Source: an uncultured Planctomycetaceae bacterium
Lineage (GTDB): Bacteria; Planctomycetota; Planctomycetia; Isosphaerales; Isosphaeraceae
Reading direction: 5' to 3'
DNA length: 64,000 nucleotides
Assembly (NCBI GenBank): GCA_963833985.1
Contig: CAWIAD010000002.1
Coordinates: forward strand, 4,864,001-4,928,000
Shown one piece after another: positions 30,486-40,754 of this stretch (positions are counted from its first letter, which is position 1; every line of letters begins with the position of its first letter). The notes under the pieces were generated by a model that saw only the letters and a list, made by a program, of their open reading frames with translations, had not been told where the DNA came from and did no database searches. The position numbers and the translations under genes were made by a program.

Positions 30486-31307
30486 ATGAGCGAAATCGTC
30501 GCGGCCACGCCAGTGACTGGGTCTTCGGTGTCCGCAAGAGTCTCCCCTTGCTGGATCTGGTCTGTTCCGTTCTACCCGCTCAAGTATTCTCAGGTCATCG
30601 ACCTAGTTGACCGTCTCATCGCGCGCGGCCATCCGAACTACTTCATCACTGCCAACCTCAATTTTGTGATGATCTCGCACCAGATGAAGACACTGCAGGT
30701 CATCAGCCGAGGCGCTGCTTTCGTGATCGCCGACGGCATTACCCTTGTTTGGGCCTCCCGCTGGAAGGGGACTCCCTTGCCGGAACGCGTGACCGGAGCG
30801 GATCTCATCTACGGTCTCTCCGAGTTGGCCGCCCGCCGTGGCTATCGCGTATTTCTCCTCGGAGCACGCCCTTCGGTTGCAGAGGATGCAGCACGCAAGC
30901 TCATCGCACTGTATCCGTGCTTGCGGATCGTGGGAGTGGAATCGCCCCCTTTCCGCGAATTGCTTGAGGAAGAGACCGAGGCGCTGAGAAGTCGGATCCG
31001 CCAGGCGAGGCCAGATATCCTTTTCGTCTCATTCGGCCAGCCCAAGGGTGACCTGTGGATTGCTGAGAACTTCGCCAGCCTTGGGGTACCCATTAGCGTG
31101 CAGGTCGGCGCGGCGATCGATTTCGCGGCTGGCCGTGTCCGACGGGCACCCCGGTGGGTGCAGAGAATCCACATGGAAACACCCTTTCGCATCTTTCAAG
31201 AGCCTTACCGTTTGACTCCACGCTATGTAAGAAACGCCTTGTTCCTGGCGCGGATGGTCGTGTCTGACCTGTGGAAAGTACTGGTCTGCCAGCGAGCACG
31301 GTGCTGA
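30486..31307 (+). CDS. WecB/TagA/CpsF family glycosyltransferase
   Basis: ITANLN, IADG, ERVTGADL, VFLLGA, VSFGQPKG, VGAAIDFAAG..RAPRW. Confidence 0.92.
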   Translation: MSEIVAATPVTGSSVSARVSPCWIWSVPFYPLKYSQVIDLVDRLIARGHPNYFITANLNFVMISHQMKTLQVISRGAAFVIADGITLVWASRWKGTPLPERVTGADLIYGLSELAARRGYRVFLLGARPSVAEDAARKLIALYPCLRIVGVESPPFRELLEEETEALRSRIRQARPDILFVSFGQPKGDLWIAENFASLGVPISVQVGAAIDFAAGRVRRAPRWVQRIHMETPFRIFQEPYRLTPRYVRNALFLARMVVSDLWKVLVCQRARC

Positions 31308-31406
31308 TTCGTCGGATTCTGGAAGTCGCCCGGGAGTAGTCAGTTTGTACTGATCTTCAGGGAGCAAGCATCTGGCGTATGCTCAAGGTACTCGGGGAAC
31401 CGTCGC

Positions 31407-32057
31407 ATGTGGAATCCACACCCACTGCTCATGAGGGTATTCCGGAAAGCTCGGAAGCGCTGGCGACGGGACCGGCTACGAGCGCTGCTCAGATCGGTTC
31501 AGCTACCAGAGAGTGCGAGGATCGTCGATCTCGGCGGAACCGTGGATCTATGGCGGCTAATTGACCATGACTTTCGTGTAACGCTCGTCAACTTACCTGG
31601 TGTCAGTTCGCCCGTCTCCGGCACCGATCGATTCACTCTCGTGCAAGCGGATTGCTGCGAACTGGGGCAGATCTTCCCGGATTTCGGCTTCGATCTTTCC
31701 TTCAGTAACGCGACGATCGAGCACGTTGGCGACGAGTCTCGCCAGGCCCGCTTCGCGGCGGAGGTCCGCCGTCTTGCCCCGGCCTACTGGGTAGAGACGC
31801 CAAGCATTCTCTGTCCAATTGAATGTCATACAGGTATCCCGTTCTTCTGGTACTTGCCTGTTTCGGTGCGTGACGGCATCTTAAAGAGCTGGAATGATCG
31901 CTACCCGAGTTGGGTCCAATGGCTCAGGGAGACTCGAGTCCTCTCCCGAGAGCGGATGAAACAACTCTTTCCCGGTAGCCAGATTCATGTTGAACGAGTG
32001 TTCGGTATCGAGAAATCTTATTCTTTCTTTAGACCATTTCCGCAAAGTCCCTCGTGA
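31407..32057 (+). CDS. Class I SAM-dependent methyltransferase
   Basis: IVDLGGT motif I, FDLSFSNATIEHVG, YWVETP..PIECH. Confidence 0.8.
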   Translation: MWNPHPLLMRVFRKARKRWRRDRLRALLRSVQLPESARIVDLGGTVDLWRLIDHDFRVTLVNLPGVSSPVSGTDRFTLVQADCCELGQIFPDFGFDLSFSNATIEHVGDESRQARFAAEVRRLAPAYWVETPSILCPIECHTGIPFFWYLPVSVRDGILKSWNDRYPSWVQWLRETRVLSRERMKQLFPGSQIHVERVFGIEKSYSFFRPFPQSPS

Positions 32058-32166
32058 ATGCAGCCCGGATGATGGACCGCTCAGTTACGACCCCAGACTC
32101 CATGGGGCACCGGCCTTTGGGGGGCTGCTCACACCACCCCTTCCCCTTTTCTCACAAGGTGTGATC

Positions 32167-33240
32167 ATGGACATCGCCACGCTCGCACGCCTCGGCCTGC
32201 GAGATTTTTCCTCGCTTCTTCCTGAGGCCCTCTACCTGACCACCGGCATTGACTTCACGCGGCCTACAGAGATACAGGCCAACCTTACACAACGATGTAA
32301 TTACAAGTGCTTGCAGTGTGCATGCTGGCGTTATGAACCGGTTTCAGAATTGTCCATCGACCAGTGGAAGGAGTCGCTTGCATCCCTGAAAGACTTTGTT
32401 GGACACTATAGACTGGAGTTTGTCGGGGGAGAGCCTTTCGTCAAGAAGGGCTTTCTCGATCTGCTGGAGTATTGCCGGGATCAGCAGCTCGACTGCGGAA
32501 TCACGACCAATGGGTCGGCCTTTGTGAACGACCGGGTCGTCGACCGGGTCGTGGCGACACGTCCACTCAAGGTCGACATTTCGATGGACGGATCAACTCC
32601 GAGTATGCACGACCGCCTCCGTAGCGCTCCAGGCTCATTCGAGAGGATCAGTAGCGGGATATCGAAGCTGCGAGCGGAACAAGCAGCCCAGGGTATCAAA
32701 TTTCCAATACGCATAATCTCGACGCTGAACTCGATCAACTTCCGGGCGATGCCCGATATTGTCCTCTGGACCATGCAAATCGGCGCAAATTCCATTGATG
32801 TTCATCCTATCCGTGAATGGACCGAAGAGTCGAAGACGATGCTGTGGCCGACCGAAGAACAGGTCGCAGAGCTGGAGCAGGTGATTTCGGAGTTGCTGCG
32901 CATGAAGGATTCAGGGGCTCCGATCGAAACGTCGGAGTACAAGTTGCGCGCCATGCCAGATCACTTTTTGAGGAAGAAAGTAATTCCTGAGGTACCAACG
33001 TGCCGCGTCGGGATGCGCGCCTTTTTTATCAGTCCAACCGGCATGGTTAGCTGTTGCAGCGACTTTCAGGCACTGGGAGACTTGAAAATCCAATCTGCAC
33101 GAGAGATTTGGACAGGAGCTCTCGCGCGGGAAGTCCGGCATAAGACGGTCGGCTGTACCAAGGGATGTGCCTACGGGTGCCAAGCCGCCAAACCGATGCT
33201 CGAGAAGATCAAGCGCGGGCTTCTGCTTTTCAGCAACTAA
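32167..33240 (+). CDS. Radical SAM protein with SPASM/twitch-like domain
   Basis: CNYKCLQC (CxxxCxxC), GGEPF, TTNG, ISMDG..HDRLR, C-terminal CRVG..CC..CTKGCAYGC. Confidence 0.9.
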   Translation: MDIATLARLGLRDFSSLLPEALYLTTGIDFTRPTEIQANLTQRCNYKCLQCACWRYEPVSELSIDQWKESLASLKDFVGHYRLEFVGGEPFVKKGFLDLLEYCRDQQLDCGITTNGSAFVNDRVVDRVVATRPLKVDISMDGSTPSMHDRLRSAPGSFERISSGISKLRAEQAAQGIKFPIRIISTLNSINFRAMPDIVLWTMQIGANSIDVHPIREWTEESKTMLWPTEEQVAELEQVISELLRMKDSGAPIETSEYKLRAMPDHFLRKKVIPEVPTCRVGMRAFFISPTGMVSCCSDFQALGDLKIQSAREIWTGALAREVRHKTVGCTKGCAYGCQAAKPMLEKIKRGLLLFSN

Positions 33241-33264
33241 ATAGAAGCTTGGAAACGGGAAAGT

Positions 33265-33315
33265 GTGGCCCAGCCGCCCTCGGCTGGGAACGACAGCCGA
33301 GGGCGGCTGTCCCAC
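33265..33315. repeat. Inverted REP-like doublet (possible terminator)
   Basis: GTGG-CCCAGCCG-CCCT-CGGCTGGG is followed by the inverted copy GTGG-GACAGCCG-CCCT-CGGCTGTC. 33271-33286 and 33294-33309 form a perfect 16-bp inverted repeat. Confidence 0.75.
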
Positions 33316-33451
33316 TTTCCAGGTGGTGTGGACCTATTTAGAAGGCTTATTGAACAATCGAGCAACGTAAAACTGACTACTCAATTTATTGCAATTTGGT
33401 GTGTCGTGCTGAATTGCTGATTCTTTTGTCGGGGATAATTGCTTGTGCAAG

Positions 33452-34711
33452 ATGGAGGGACTCGGCAGCGCTCACCGGCAGTGCGACTCGTTACGGATTG
33501 CTTATTTGCTAGGCACGTACCCCACTCCGAGCCAGACGTTTATTAGGAACGAGATCGAAGCTGTTGAAGTGAGGAATGTGCTGGTCCAGAGATACACCCT
33601 TCGCAGATGGGCTCACAATCTCGTCGAACCACGTGATGTTGCGGAGCAAGGCCGAACTCGCGCGGTACTCGAGGTTGGGGTGGCCGGTCTCATCTCTGCG
33701 TTCCTGGCAACTGCACTCAAACGCTCGGTGATGTTCCTGCGAGCTTTGAGGCTAGCTTTGCGGTTCGGAATGCGCTCCGAGCGAGGTATCTTCGTCAATC
33801 TAGTCTATCTGTGTGAGGCATGCGTGTTGAGAGAGTGGTTTGAACGCGCTTCGATCCAGCATGTTCACACACATCACGCTACCGATCCGACGACCGTGGC
33901 GCTCTTGTGCAAGGTTCTCGGTGGTCCGACTTTTAGTTTCACGGTTCATGGCCCAGAGGAATTTGACAGACCATGGTCGCTCAGCCTCGGGGAAAAGGTC
34001 CATCATGCCAGTTTCGTCATCGCGATCAGCGCTTTCACTCGAAGCCAGCTCTATCGCTGGGCTGATTACCATGATTGGCCCAGGATTCATGTGGTTCAAC
34101 TCGGCGTCAATTCAAGATTCTTGAATTATGATCCGGCGCCGGTCCCTTCAATGCCCCGACTCGTATGCATCGGCCGTATCGTCGAGCAGAAAGGGCATGC
34201 CATCCTGATTCAAGCTGCGGCCCTCATGCGTAACCGCGCGTTGGACTTCCAGATAGTTATAGTCGGCGACGGTCCGAAACGCTCGGAGATCGAGCGCTTG
34301 ATCGCGCATCTGGACCTGGAAGAAAGAGTCCTGATCTTGGGTTGCCTGAGCAATCAAGGGGTTCTCGACGAGTTACTCGAGGCTCGAGCCCTGGTCCTGT
34401 CCAGCCTTGCCGAGGGGCTTCCCACCGTTTTCCTGGAGGCGCTTGCGTTGGGCCGTCCGGTTATTACCACCCGCATTGCGGCCCACGCTGAACTCATTGA
34501 GCCGGGAATTAATGGCTGGCTCGTTCCTCCTGGTGCCGTTGAACCTCTGGCCGATGCCATGGCCATCGCGCTCACTGCCAGTCCGATAGACCTTGAGAGA
34601 ATGGGACGTGCCGGTCGATCGATCATCGCGACTCGTCACAACCCTGAAGTCGCGTCCAAGAAACTTGTAGAACTCTTTGATCAAAATGTCTTCCATCGAT
34701 CCAGGTCCTGA
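33452..34711 (+). CDS. Glycosyltransferase family 4 (WcaL-like)
   Basis: YPTPSQTFIRNEI, FSFTVHGPEEF, CIGRIVEQKG, SLAEGLPTVFLEALALGRPVI. Confidence 0.9.
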   Translation: MEGLGSAHRQCDSLRIAYLLGTYPTPSQTFIRNEIEAVEVRNVLVQRYTLRRWAHNLVEPRDVAEQGRTRAVLEVGVAGLISAFLATALKRSVMFLRALRLALRFGMRSERGIFVNLVYLCEACVLREWFERASIQHVHTHHATDPTTVALLCKVLGGPTFSFTVHGPEEFDRPWSLSLGEKVHHASFVIAISAFTRSQLYRWADYHDWPRIHVVQLGVNSRFLNYDPAPVPSMPRLVCIGRIVEQKGHAILIQAAALMRNRALDFQIVIVGDGPKRSEIERLIAHLDLEERVLILGCLSNQGVLDELLEARALVLSSLAEGLPTVFLEALALGRPVITTRIAAHAELIEPGINGWLVPPGAVEPLADAMAIALTASPIDLERMGRAGRSIIATRHNPEVASKKLVELFDQNVFHRSRS

Positions 34712-34835
34712 TGTCCGCAAAAACGCCGTGTTCGGGTTGAATCCAGTAAAGGCACAATGATTCGTGTGTATCTTGACATAATGCACCTTGATGCCCAGTG
34801 GAACTGAGGGCAGCATAAAAAAGCAGGGAATTCCG

Positions 34836-34863
34836 TTGCCATTCCAGATCGCTGAGTTATACT
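34836..34863 (+). promoter_or_regulatory. Putative sigma70-type promoter
   Basis: TTGCCA-N16-TATACT in an AT-richer intergenic stretch upstream of the sigma factor gene. Confidence 0.35.
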
Positions 34864-35047
34864 AGGAAACGAGTCAACGACAGACTATGCAAGGGCCATG
34901 AAGCCTCAAGCGTGCTTCGCGCCGTTACGATTTGAGTGCAACCGTGATGCTGCGACAAGTAACTCAACAGGTTTCTTTGGAAGGATCCGTGCATGGCAAC
35001 GGATCGACGCTCGCCTGGGAATCAACGTTCTGATTCACCGTTTCCAA

Positions 35048-35111
35048 GTTGACGGACCACCGACCGACCACCTGCGACGGTTGACGGACCACCGACCGAC
35101 CACCTGCGACG
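35048..35111. repeat. Perfect 32-bp tandem duplication, intergenic
   Basis: GTTGACGGACCACCGACCGACCACCTGCGACG at 35048-35079 and 35080-35111. Confidence 0.9.
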
Positions 35112-35345
35112 ATTGCAGACCGCGGTATGTGACGGAATCCCGGGCCAGCGGCCCGGGCGCCGATCTGAGGTTTTGCGAAAGCCTCGATCTCGAAACAAAC
35201 GTTCTGCCGGGGCATGGCTCCCGGCGTGCATCACCAGCCTGGCCGCGTGCAGCCAGCGGACTTCGACGCGGCCGGCACGAACGGTAGGGACGATGCCAAT
35301 CCCAGCCGCTCGGCAACTGTGTCTCCTTTTCCGTGGAGATCGGCC

Positions 35346-35897
35346 ATGGACCTCGTATGCGCGGAACCCGCAGCAGAAACGATCAGGGTTTCCAGGTACC
35401 ATAAGAATGGGCCGCTGACCGGCGAGCAGCAAGCACTGATCGAGAAGTGGTACGTGTACGCAATGGCCGTGGCCTATGACCACGCGCACTGGCCTTATGA
35501 CGACGATGAAGTCCGCACGGTCGCCCACGACGCACTCATCGGCGCCGCACGCTACTTCCGTGAAGGGCGCGGCTGCAAGACCTTCAAGTCGTTTTACAAA
35601 CACTGCCTCCTGCCGCAACTGGCGCGTGCGTTCCGCAAGCGAATCGCCAGGTCGGCACGGCAGATGCCGCTGGGGATGGACGTGCCGACGCATCCGGGAC
35701 CGGCCCCCTTCGAGACCCAGGAGTTCGTCGACCACCTGAAGCGCGGCCTGCCGGAGCACCAGAGCCAGGTCCTCCATCAGGTGTATGACATGGGCATGAG
35801 CCACCGGCAGATTGCGGCCCTGCGCGGCTGCCAGCGGCAGAACGTCTCGAACATTCACAAGCTGGCGCTGCGGCAGATGCGCCGTCGCGCGCAATGA
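35346..35897 (+). CDS. Divergent sigma-70 family RNA polymerase sigma factor
   Basis: Region-2-like LTGEQQALIEK..DEVRTVAHDALIGAARYF..GCKTFKSF and region-4 HTH LPEHQSQVL..GMSHRQIAALRGCQRQNVSNIHKLALRQMR. GGAG RBS present. Confidence 0.75.
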   Translation: MDLVCAEPAAETIRVSRYHKNGPLTGEQQALIEKWYVYAMAVAYDHAHWPYDDDEVRTVAHDALIGAARYFREGRGCKTFKSFYKHCLLPQLARAFRKRIARSARQMPLGMDVPTHPGPAPFETQEFVDHLKRGLPEHQSQVLHQVYDMGMSHRQIAALRGCQRQNVSNIHKLALRQMRRRAQ

Positions 35898-35933
35898 GCC
35901 CCGGTCGCTGGAGCACGGGCGGGCCAGCTCCGG

Positions 35934-36755
35934 TCAACGATTACGGTTGAACTGAACGAAGGGGACCTGCTTGTAGAGCACCAGCTGGGTCAGTATCAGG
36001 CCGCGAGGCGCGATCTGGAGCGGCAGCATGAAGGCAAAGTCGCCCTTGCGGGCCAGGGCCGCGGTGCCGCGCGTGACCTCCGTCATGGTCATCTGGCCGG
36101 AGTTATCAGGCACCACCGTGGCCGCATTGTTTCCGGGCAAGCCAACGCGAATCATTGGCCCCTGGGGGCTGCTGCTGATGGCATTGCCCACCACGTGCAA
36201 CCTCGAGGGAATGCCGCTGGTATTGGCCGGTACCGGGTAGGCCCAGCCATAGAGCATGTTCTGGCCCGCGTAGTCCCAGGGCTTCATGAACCGGTTGAAC
36301 CCGGGATCCAGGGTGGTGACCACCATGTTGTTGGACAAGAGGCTGTTGTACGTGGGAGCGACCAGGGTGCGGTTCGTGCCGTTGAAGATGTCGATATGGT
36401 TGGTCATCACGACGTTCGAGCCGGCATCCTGGCCCACGGCTTCGATCCAGGATTGACCGTTCAGGTCCAGATCGTTCAGGCTGGTCGGCCAGCGAATGAG
36501 GAATTCCTGGATATCCTCGATGGCGACCGGAAACTGCTGGCCGGTGTGGTTCTGGATGACCAGCCACCGCGTGGTCACGTTGACCACCTCACCCCAGGCA
36601 CCCTGGGGTGGCAGTTGCGGCAAGCCCTGCGGCTGACCCACGATCGCCTGAAAGGCGACGTCCCCGTTCTGCGCCAGGAGACGGTCACCCGTAGAGACGC
36701 AGAGGGCCAGCCACGCCACGGAGAATCCGGCCCACCATTGCCGCGTGCCGCGCAT
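35934..36755 (-). CDS. Hypothetical secreted protein
   Basis: GGAGG RBS, signal peptide, beta-rich 273 aa product; no family recognised. Confidence 0.75.
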   Translation of the reverse strand: MRGTRQWWAGFSVAWLALCVSTGDRLLAQNGDVAFQAIVGQPQGLPQLPPQGAWGEVVNVTTRWLVIQNHTGQQFPVAIEDIQEFLIRWPTSLNDLDLNGQSWIEAVGQDAGSNVVMTNHIDIFNGTNRTLVAPTYNSLLSNNMVVTTLDPGFNRFMKPWDYAGQNMLYGWAYPVPANTSGIPSRLHVVGNAISSSPQGPMIRVGLPGNNAATVVPDNSGQMTMTEVTRGTAALARKGDFAFMLPLQIAPRGLILTQLVLYKQVPFVQFNRNR

Positions 36756-37158
36756 TGTTCAACCTCCCAGCCCCCTCGGCGTTGATCTCAGCGGCGCTGG
36801 CCGGGCCGCCGGTCCGGGTCTTCAGAGGGCGAGGCCCGGACGCCCGGCTGCAAGCCGATCACATCATCTCACGATAGGCGTTTTGACCGGATCGGGCAAC
36901 GCGCTTCGATCCACTTTTCCGCGGCGTGCCCGCGGTTCAGCTTCAGGGCAGCATCGCAGCCGGCCGGCCCGCGCGCTCCAACGATCTTCGGTCCCGTCCC
37001 GAACGGCCGTTCGGCGCAGAGTATTTCCGGCCAGTCACGGTTTCGCGTTTGCGAGTTTGGGAGGGTCTCCTGTAAAATACGACATAGGTCCGAGCAAGAT
37101 GAGCGGACCGAGCAACCGCCTGCTTCATCTCGGCATCTTCAGGATTTGAACCGGTACG

Positions 37159-38937
37159 ATGAGTCGTCAGGATCAGGGAACAGCCGCCGACACGTCGGCC
37201 TGGTCGTCCGAGTCGACGGAAGGCCCGGTCCGCGACCTGACCGGCACGACCCTGGGCGACTTCGAGGTCAAGCGACTGATCGGCAAGGGTGGCATGGGTC
37301 AGGTCTACCTGGCCACTCAGGTCAGCCTGAGCCGATCGGTCGCACTCAAGGTACTGCATCCGCGCTACCTGTCCAAACCGGTTTATCTGAGCCGCTTCGA
37401 GACCGAGGCCACGGCAGTGGCCAAGCTGAACCACCCGAACATCGTCCACGTCTACACTCTCGGCTACGTCGACCAGGTTCGCTTCATCGCGATGGAGTAT
37501 GTCGAGGGCACGAACCTGCGCGATTATCTCAACAAGAAGGGGGCCCTCGACCTGCCCCTGGCGCTGTCGATCATGCGCCAGGCGGGTCAGGCGATCGGTG
37601 CGGCCGGCGAGGTGGGGCTGGTCCATCGCGACATCAAGCCCGAGAACCTGCTGCTCACCCGCAAGGGCCGGGTGAAAGTTGCCGACTTCGGGCTTTGCCG
37701 CGACCTGGGAGCGGATCGGCTGCACGTCACGCAGCCGGGAACGACCATGGGCACGCCGCTTTACATGAGCCCGGAACAAGCGCAGGGAAAGCCCCTGGAT
37801 CACCGCAGCGATCTTTACTCGCTGGGGGTCACCTTCTACCACATGCTCAGCGGCGAGCCCCCGTTTCGCGCCGAGTCGGCCATCGCCCTGGCCATGAAGC
37901 ACGTGACCGAGCAGCCGGTGAGCCTGCGGGTTCGCCGTCCCGACGTGCCCGCCGAGCTGGATCGGCTCGTGCTCAAGCTCATGGCCAAGAGCCCCGCGGA
38001 TCGCTACCCGTCGGCGGCCGAGATGCTGGTCGACCTCGCGAGGATCCGCAGCTCGCTGCAAGCGACTCTCGGTACCATGGGCGATGACAACGCCCTCTCC
38101 ATATCCCGGCAGTTCGAGGAGAACTCTCGGCCCTTCTCGAGCACCCCGAGCAGCCCATCGGGCACCAGCCTTCTGACCGGCAGCCAGAGCGGCGTCGGCG
38201 TCACGGCCACAGGGTCTCAACTTGCATCGCTCGTACGACGGATCGACCGTCCGATGACACTTCTCGCGGCCGGCCTGATCTTCGTCGTCGTGGGTGCGGG
38301 GCTGGGGTGGAACGCGCGGCCGGCGGATCTGCCGGAGGGCGAGGCCGCAACGCGCAGGCTGCCCGCACTGGCGGCGGAGCCACGCTGGGCCACCGTTCCC
38401 CGGCAGGAGACGGCCGAGGAACAGTACCGGTATGCCTTGCTCCGTGCCGCCGACCTGGATCTCGACGCCGCCTGGCTGGCCGTGCCGGGGTTTCATCCCC
38501 ATTCCTCGGAATGGGTCTCGCCGGCCTACCTCCAGTACGCGCGGCGACTCTACCGGCAGCGCGACCAAGATCGCCTGGTGCACCTGAAGGCGGACCTGGC
38601 GGCCTGGCAAGGCGCCAAGACCCCCGATCAGGAGCTGGCACAGATCATCGACTGCGGCATCGCGCTGCTCTCCAGGGACCTCGACGGCGTGATCGACGGC
38701 ATGTCGCGTATCGCCGCACCGGACGAACGCGCTCGGCCGGGTGCACGTGACGGAGTGAACCTGTATGATCCCGGTCTGATCGAGTTCTCGGTCGAGGTGG
38801 TTGCCGACGCGCTCAGGCTGGCGACACAGCCAGGTCCGCTGGCGTCGGATCTCAAGAAGCAGAAGCTGGCCGCCATTCAGAGTCGTCTGGCCGGTTACCT
38901 CAGAAGAGTTCAGATGTTAGAATGGGCCAATCGCTAG
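37159..38937 (+). CDS. Membrane Ser/Thr protein kinase (Hanks type)
   Basis: IGKGGMGQVY, VALKVL, HRDIKPENLL, DFGL, GTPLYMSPEQ, one TM helix and a helical C-terminal domain. Confidence 0.95.
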   Translation: MSRQDQGTAADTSAWSSESTEGPVRDLTGTTLGDFEVKRLIGKGGMGQVYLATQVSLSRSVALKVLHPRYLSKPVYLSRFETEATAVAKLNHPNIVHVYTLGYVDQVRFIAMEYVEGTNLRDYLNKKGALDLPLALSIMRQAGQAIGAAGEVGLVHRDIKPENLLLTRKGRVKVADFGLCRDLGADRLHVTQPGTTMGTPLYMSPEQAQGKPLDHRSDLYSLGVTFYHMLSGEPPFRAESAIALAMKHVTEQPVSLRVRRPDVPAELDRLVLKLMAKSPADRYPSAAEMLVDLARIRSSLQATLGTMGDDNALSISRQFEENSRPFSSTPSSPSGTSLLTGSQSGVGVTATGSQLASLVRRIDRPMTLLAAGLIFVVVGAGLGWNARPADLPEGEAATRRLPALAAEPRWATVPRQETAEEQYRYALLRAADLDLDAAWLAVPGFHPHSSEWVSPAYLQYARRLYRQRDQDRLVHLKADLAAWQGAKTPDQELAQIIDCGIALLSRDLDGVIDGMSRIAAPDERARPGARDGVNLYDPGLIEFSVEVVADALRLATQPGPLASDLKKQKLAAIQSRLAGYLRRVQMLEWANR

Positions 38938-38992
38938 TCGCCTCCGCGGTTGCGCGTCTCGGGTAGACGGGCGGGGGTCGGGAGCACGGGTC

Positions 38993-40711
38993 ATGGCTTT
39001 ACTGAAGCGGATCAGCGGCGCCGCCGCCGGACAGATCATCGAGCTGAAGCAGGATCGGACCGTCATCGGACGGTCACCCGAGCATTGCCACGTGGTGCTC
39101 GATCCCAACGGCGTCAGCCGCCGTCATGCGGAGATCTACCGCAAGGGCGACGAGTATTTCGTGGCCGACCTGAACTCGCGAAACCAGACCAAAGTCAATA
39201 ACGGCAAGCTCTTCCCGGGCGCCGACCATCGCCTCGCTCCGGGCGACCGAATCAATATTTGCGATGTCGAATTTCTCTTTTACTACAAGCTGCCGGCGGG
39301 CGACGCGGAGGCAAATGGCGAGATCGTCATCGTCGCCGACGGCGACAGCGCTGAAGTGCCTCATCTGCATACGCTGGACGCCTCGCGGTCCAGTGCGATG
39401 GCGAGCATGGTCAAGCCCGAGCTGAAGCTCAAGGCCATCCTCGAGATCACGCGCAACCTCTCGACCGAGCTCGAGATCGACAAGGTGGCCCCGCGGATCC
39501 TCGATTCGCTCATGGAACTTTTCCCGCAGGCCGAACGGCTCTTCCTGATCCTCGTCGACCAGGAAACCAAGCGGCTGGTGCGCAAGGCGTTCCGCTGCCG
39601 CCCCAACCGCCGCGCCAACTTCTCGTCGACCATCCCGGCCGACGAGGCCCAGGTGAGCATCAGCCGGTCGATCGTGAACCACGTGCTGGTCCAGAAGAAG
39701 GCCGTGCTCAGCCAGGACGCGAGCATGGACAAGAACCTGCCGACCAGCGCCTCGATCGCCGATCTGAAGATCCGCTCGGTGATGTGCGTCCCTCTGGTCA
39801 CGCCCGACGGTCAGGCGCTGGGGATCTTGCAGCTGGATACCAGCGATCGCAAGCAGTTTCATCAGGAAGACCTCGATGTCCTCACCGCGGTGGCCAGCCA
39901 GGCGGCCATCTCGATCCAGAACGCCACCCTGCACGAGTCGCTGCTGGAACGGGAGCGGCTGGACCGCGATCTGAAGCTGGCCGAGCAGGTGCAGAAGCGG
40001 TTCTTACCGCAAGACGTGCCCGAGATCCCCGGCTACGAGTTCTTCGCGCATTATGATCCGGCCTACGAGGTGGGTGGAGACTACTACGACTTCGTTCCGT
40101 TGCCGGAGAATCGCTGGGCGGTCGCCGTGGGCGACGTCTCCGGCAAGGGAGTGGCCGCGGCGCTCATGATGGCCAAGTTTTCCGGAGACACCCGCTACTG
40201 CATCCTCACCCAGAACTCCCCGGGGGCGGCCGCCAGCGAGTTGAACAACCTGCTGCTTTCCGCTGGCATTGATGAAAAATTCATCACGCTCAGCCTGTGT
40301 GTGCTCGATATCGACAGCCGCACCCTGGCCTTGAGCTCCGCCGGCCACCCTCCTGTGATCATCCGCCGCGCGAGCGGTAAGGTGGAAGAGGTCGGCGAGG
40401 AGATCGCCGGCTTCCCACTGGGGATCGTGCCCGGCTCGGAGTACCGGTATCGCGAGGTCATCCTGAACGTCGGCGATGTCGCTGTCGTCTACTCCGACGG
40501 TGTCACCGACGCCCGCAATCTGCGCGAGGAAATCTACCACACCCGCGAGAATCCCCGGCTCCTGCGCAAGGTCGCCGAGGCGGCAGGCAGTCCGGGAATG
40601 GTCGGACGTGCCATCCTTCAAGATATCCGGGAGTATTCGACCGACCACGTTCAGGTGGACGATATCACCCTGGTGTGCTTCGGTCCCGTCGCGTCGCAGC
40701 CGTCACGTTGA
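38993..40711 (+). CDS. FHA-GAF-SpoIIE (PP2C) phosphatase
   Basis: FHA (IGRS..VSRRHA..DLNSRNQT), GAF (IRSVMCVPL) and PP2C (VGGDYYD, GDVSGKG, SAGHPP, YSDGVTD, DDIT). Confidence 0.95.
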   Translation: MALLKRISGAAAGQIIELKQDRTVIGRSPEHCHVVLDPNGVSRRHAEIYRKGDEYFVADLNSRNQTKVNNGKLFPGADHRLAPGDRINICDVEFLFYYKLPAGDAEANGEIVIVADGDSAEVPHLHTLDASRSSAMASMVKPELKLKAILEITRNLSTELEIDKVAPRILDSLMELFPQAERLFLILVDQETKRLVRKAFRCRPNRRANFSSTIPADEAQVSISRSIVNHVLVQKKAVLSQDASMDKNLPTSASIADLKIRSVMCVPLVTPDGQALGILQLDTSDRKQFHQEDLDVLTAVASQAAISIQNATLHESLLERERLDRDLKLAEQVQKRFLPQDVPEIPGYEFFAHYDPAYEVGGDYYDFVPLPENRWAVAVGDVSGKGVAAALMMAKFSGDTRYCILTQNSPGAAASELNNLLLSAGIDEKFITLSLCVLDIDSRTLALSSAGHPPVIIRRASGKVEEVGEEIAGFPLGIVPGSEYRYREVILNVGDVAVVYSDGVTDARNLREEIYHTRENPRLLRKVAEAAGSPGMVGRAILQDIREYSTDHVQVDDITLVCFGPVASQPSR

Positions 40712-40754
40712 ATGACCGGCTGATCCTTCTCTTCGCCTCCTCGCGCGGCCACCC

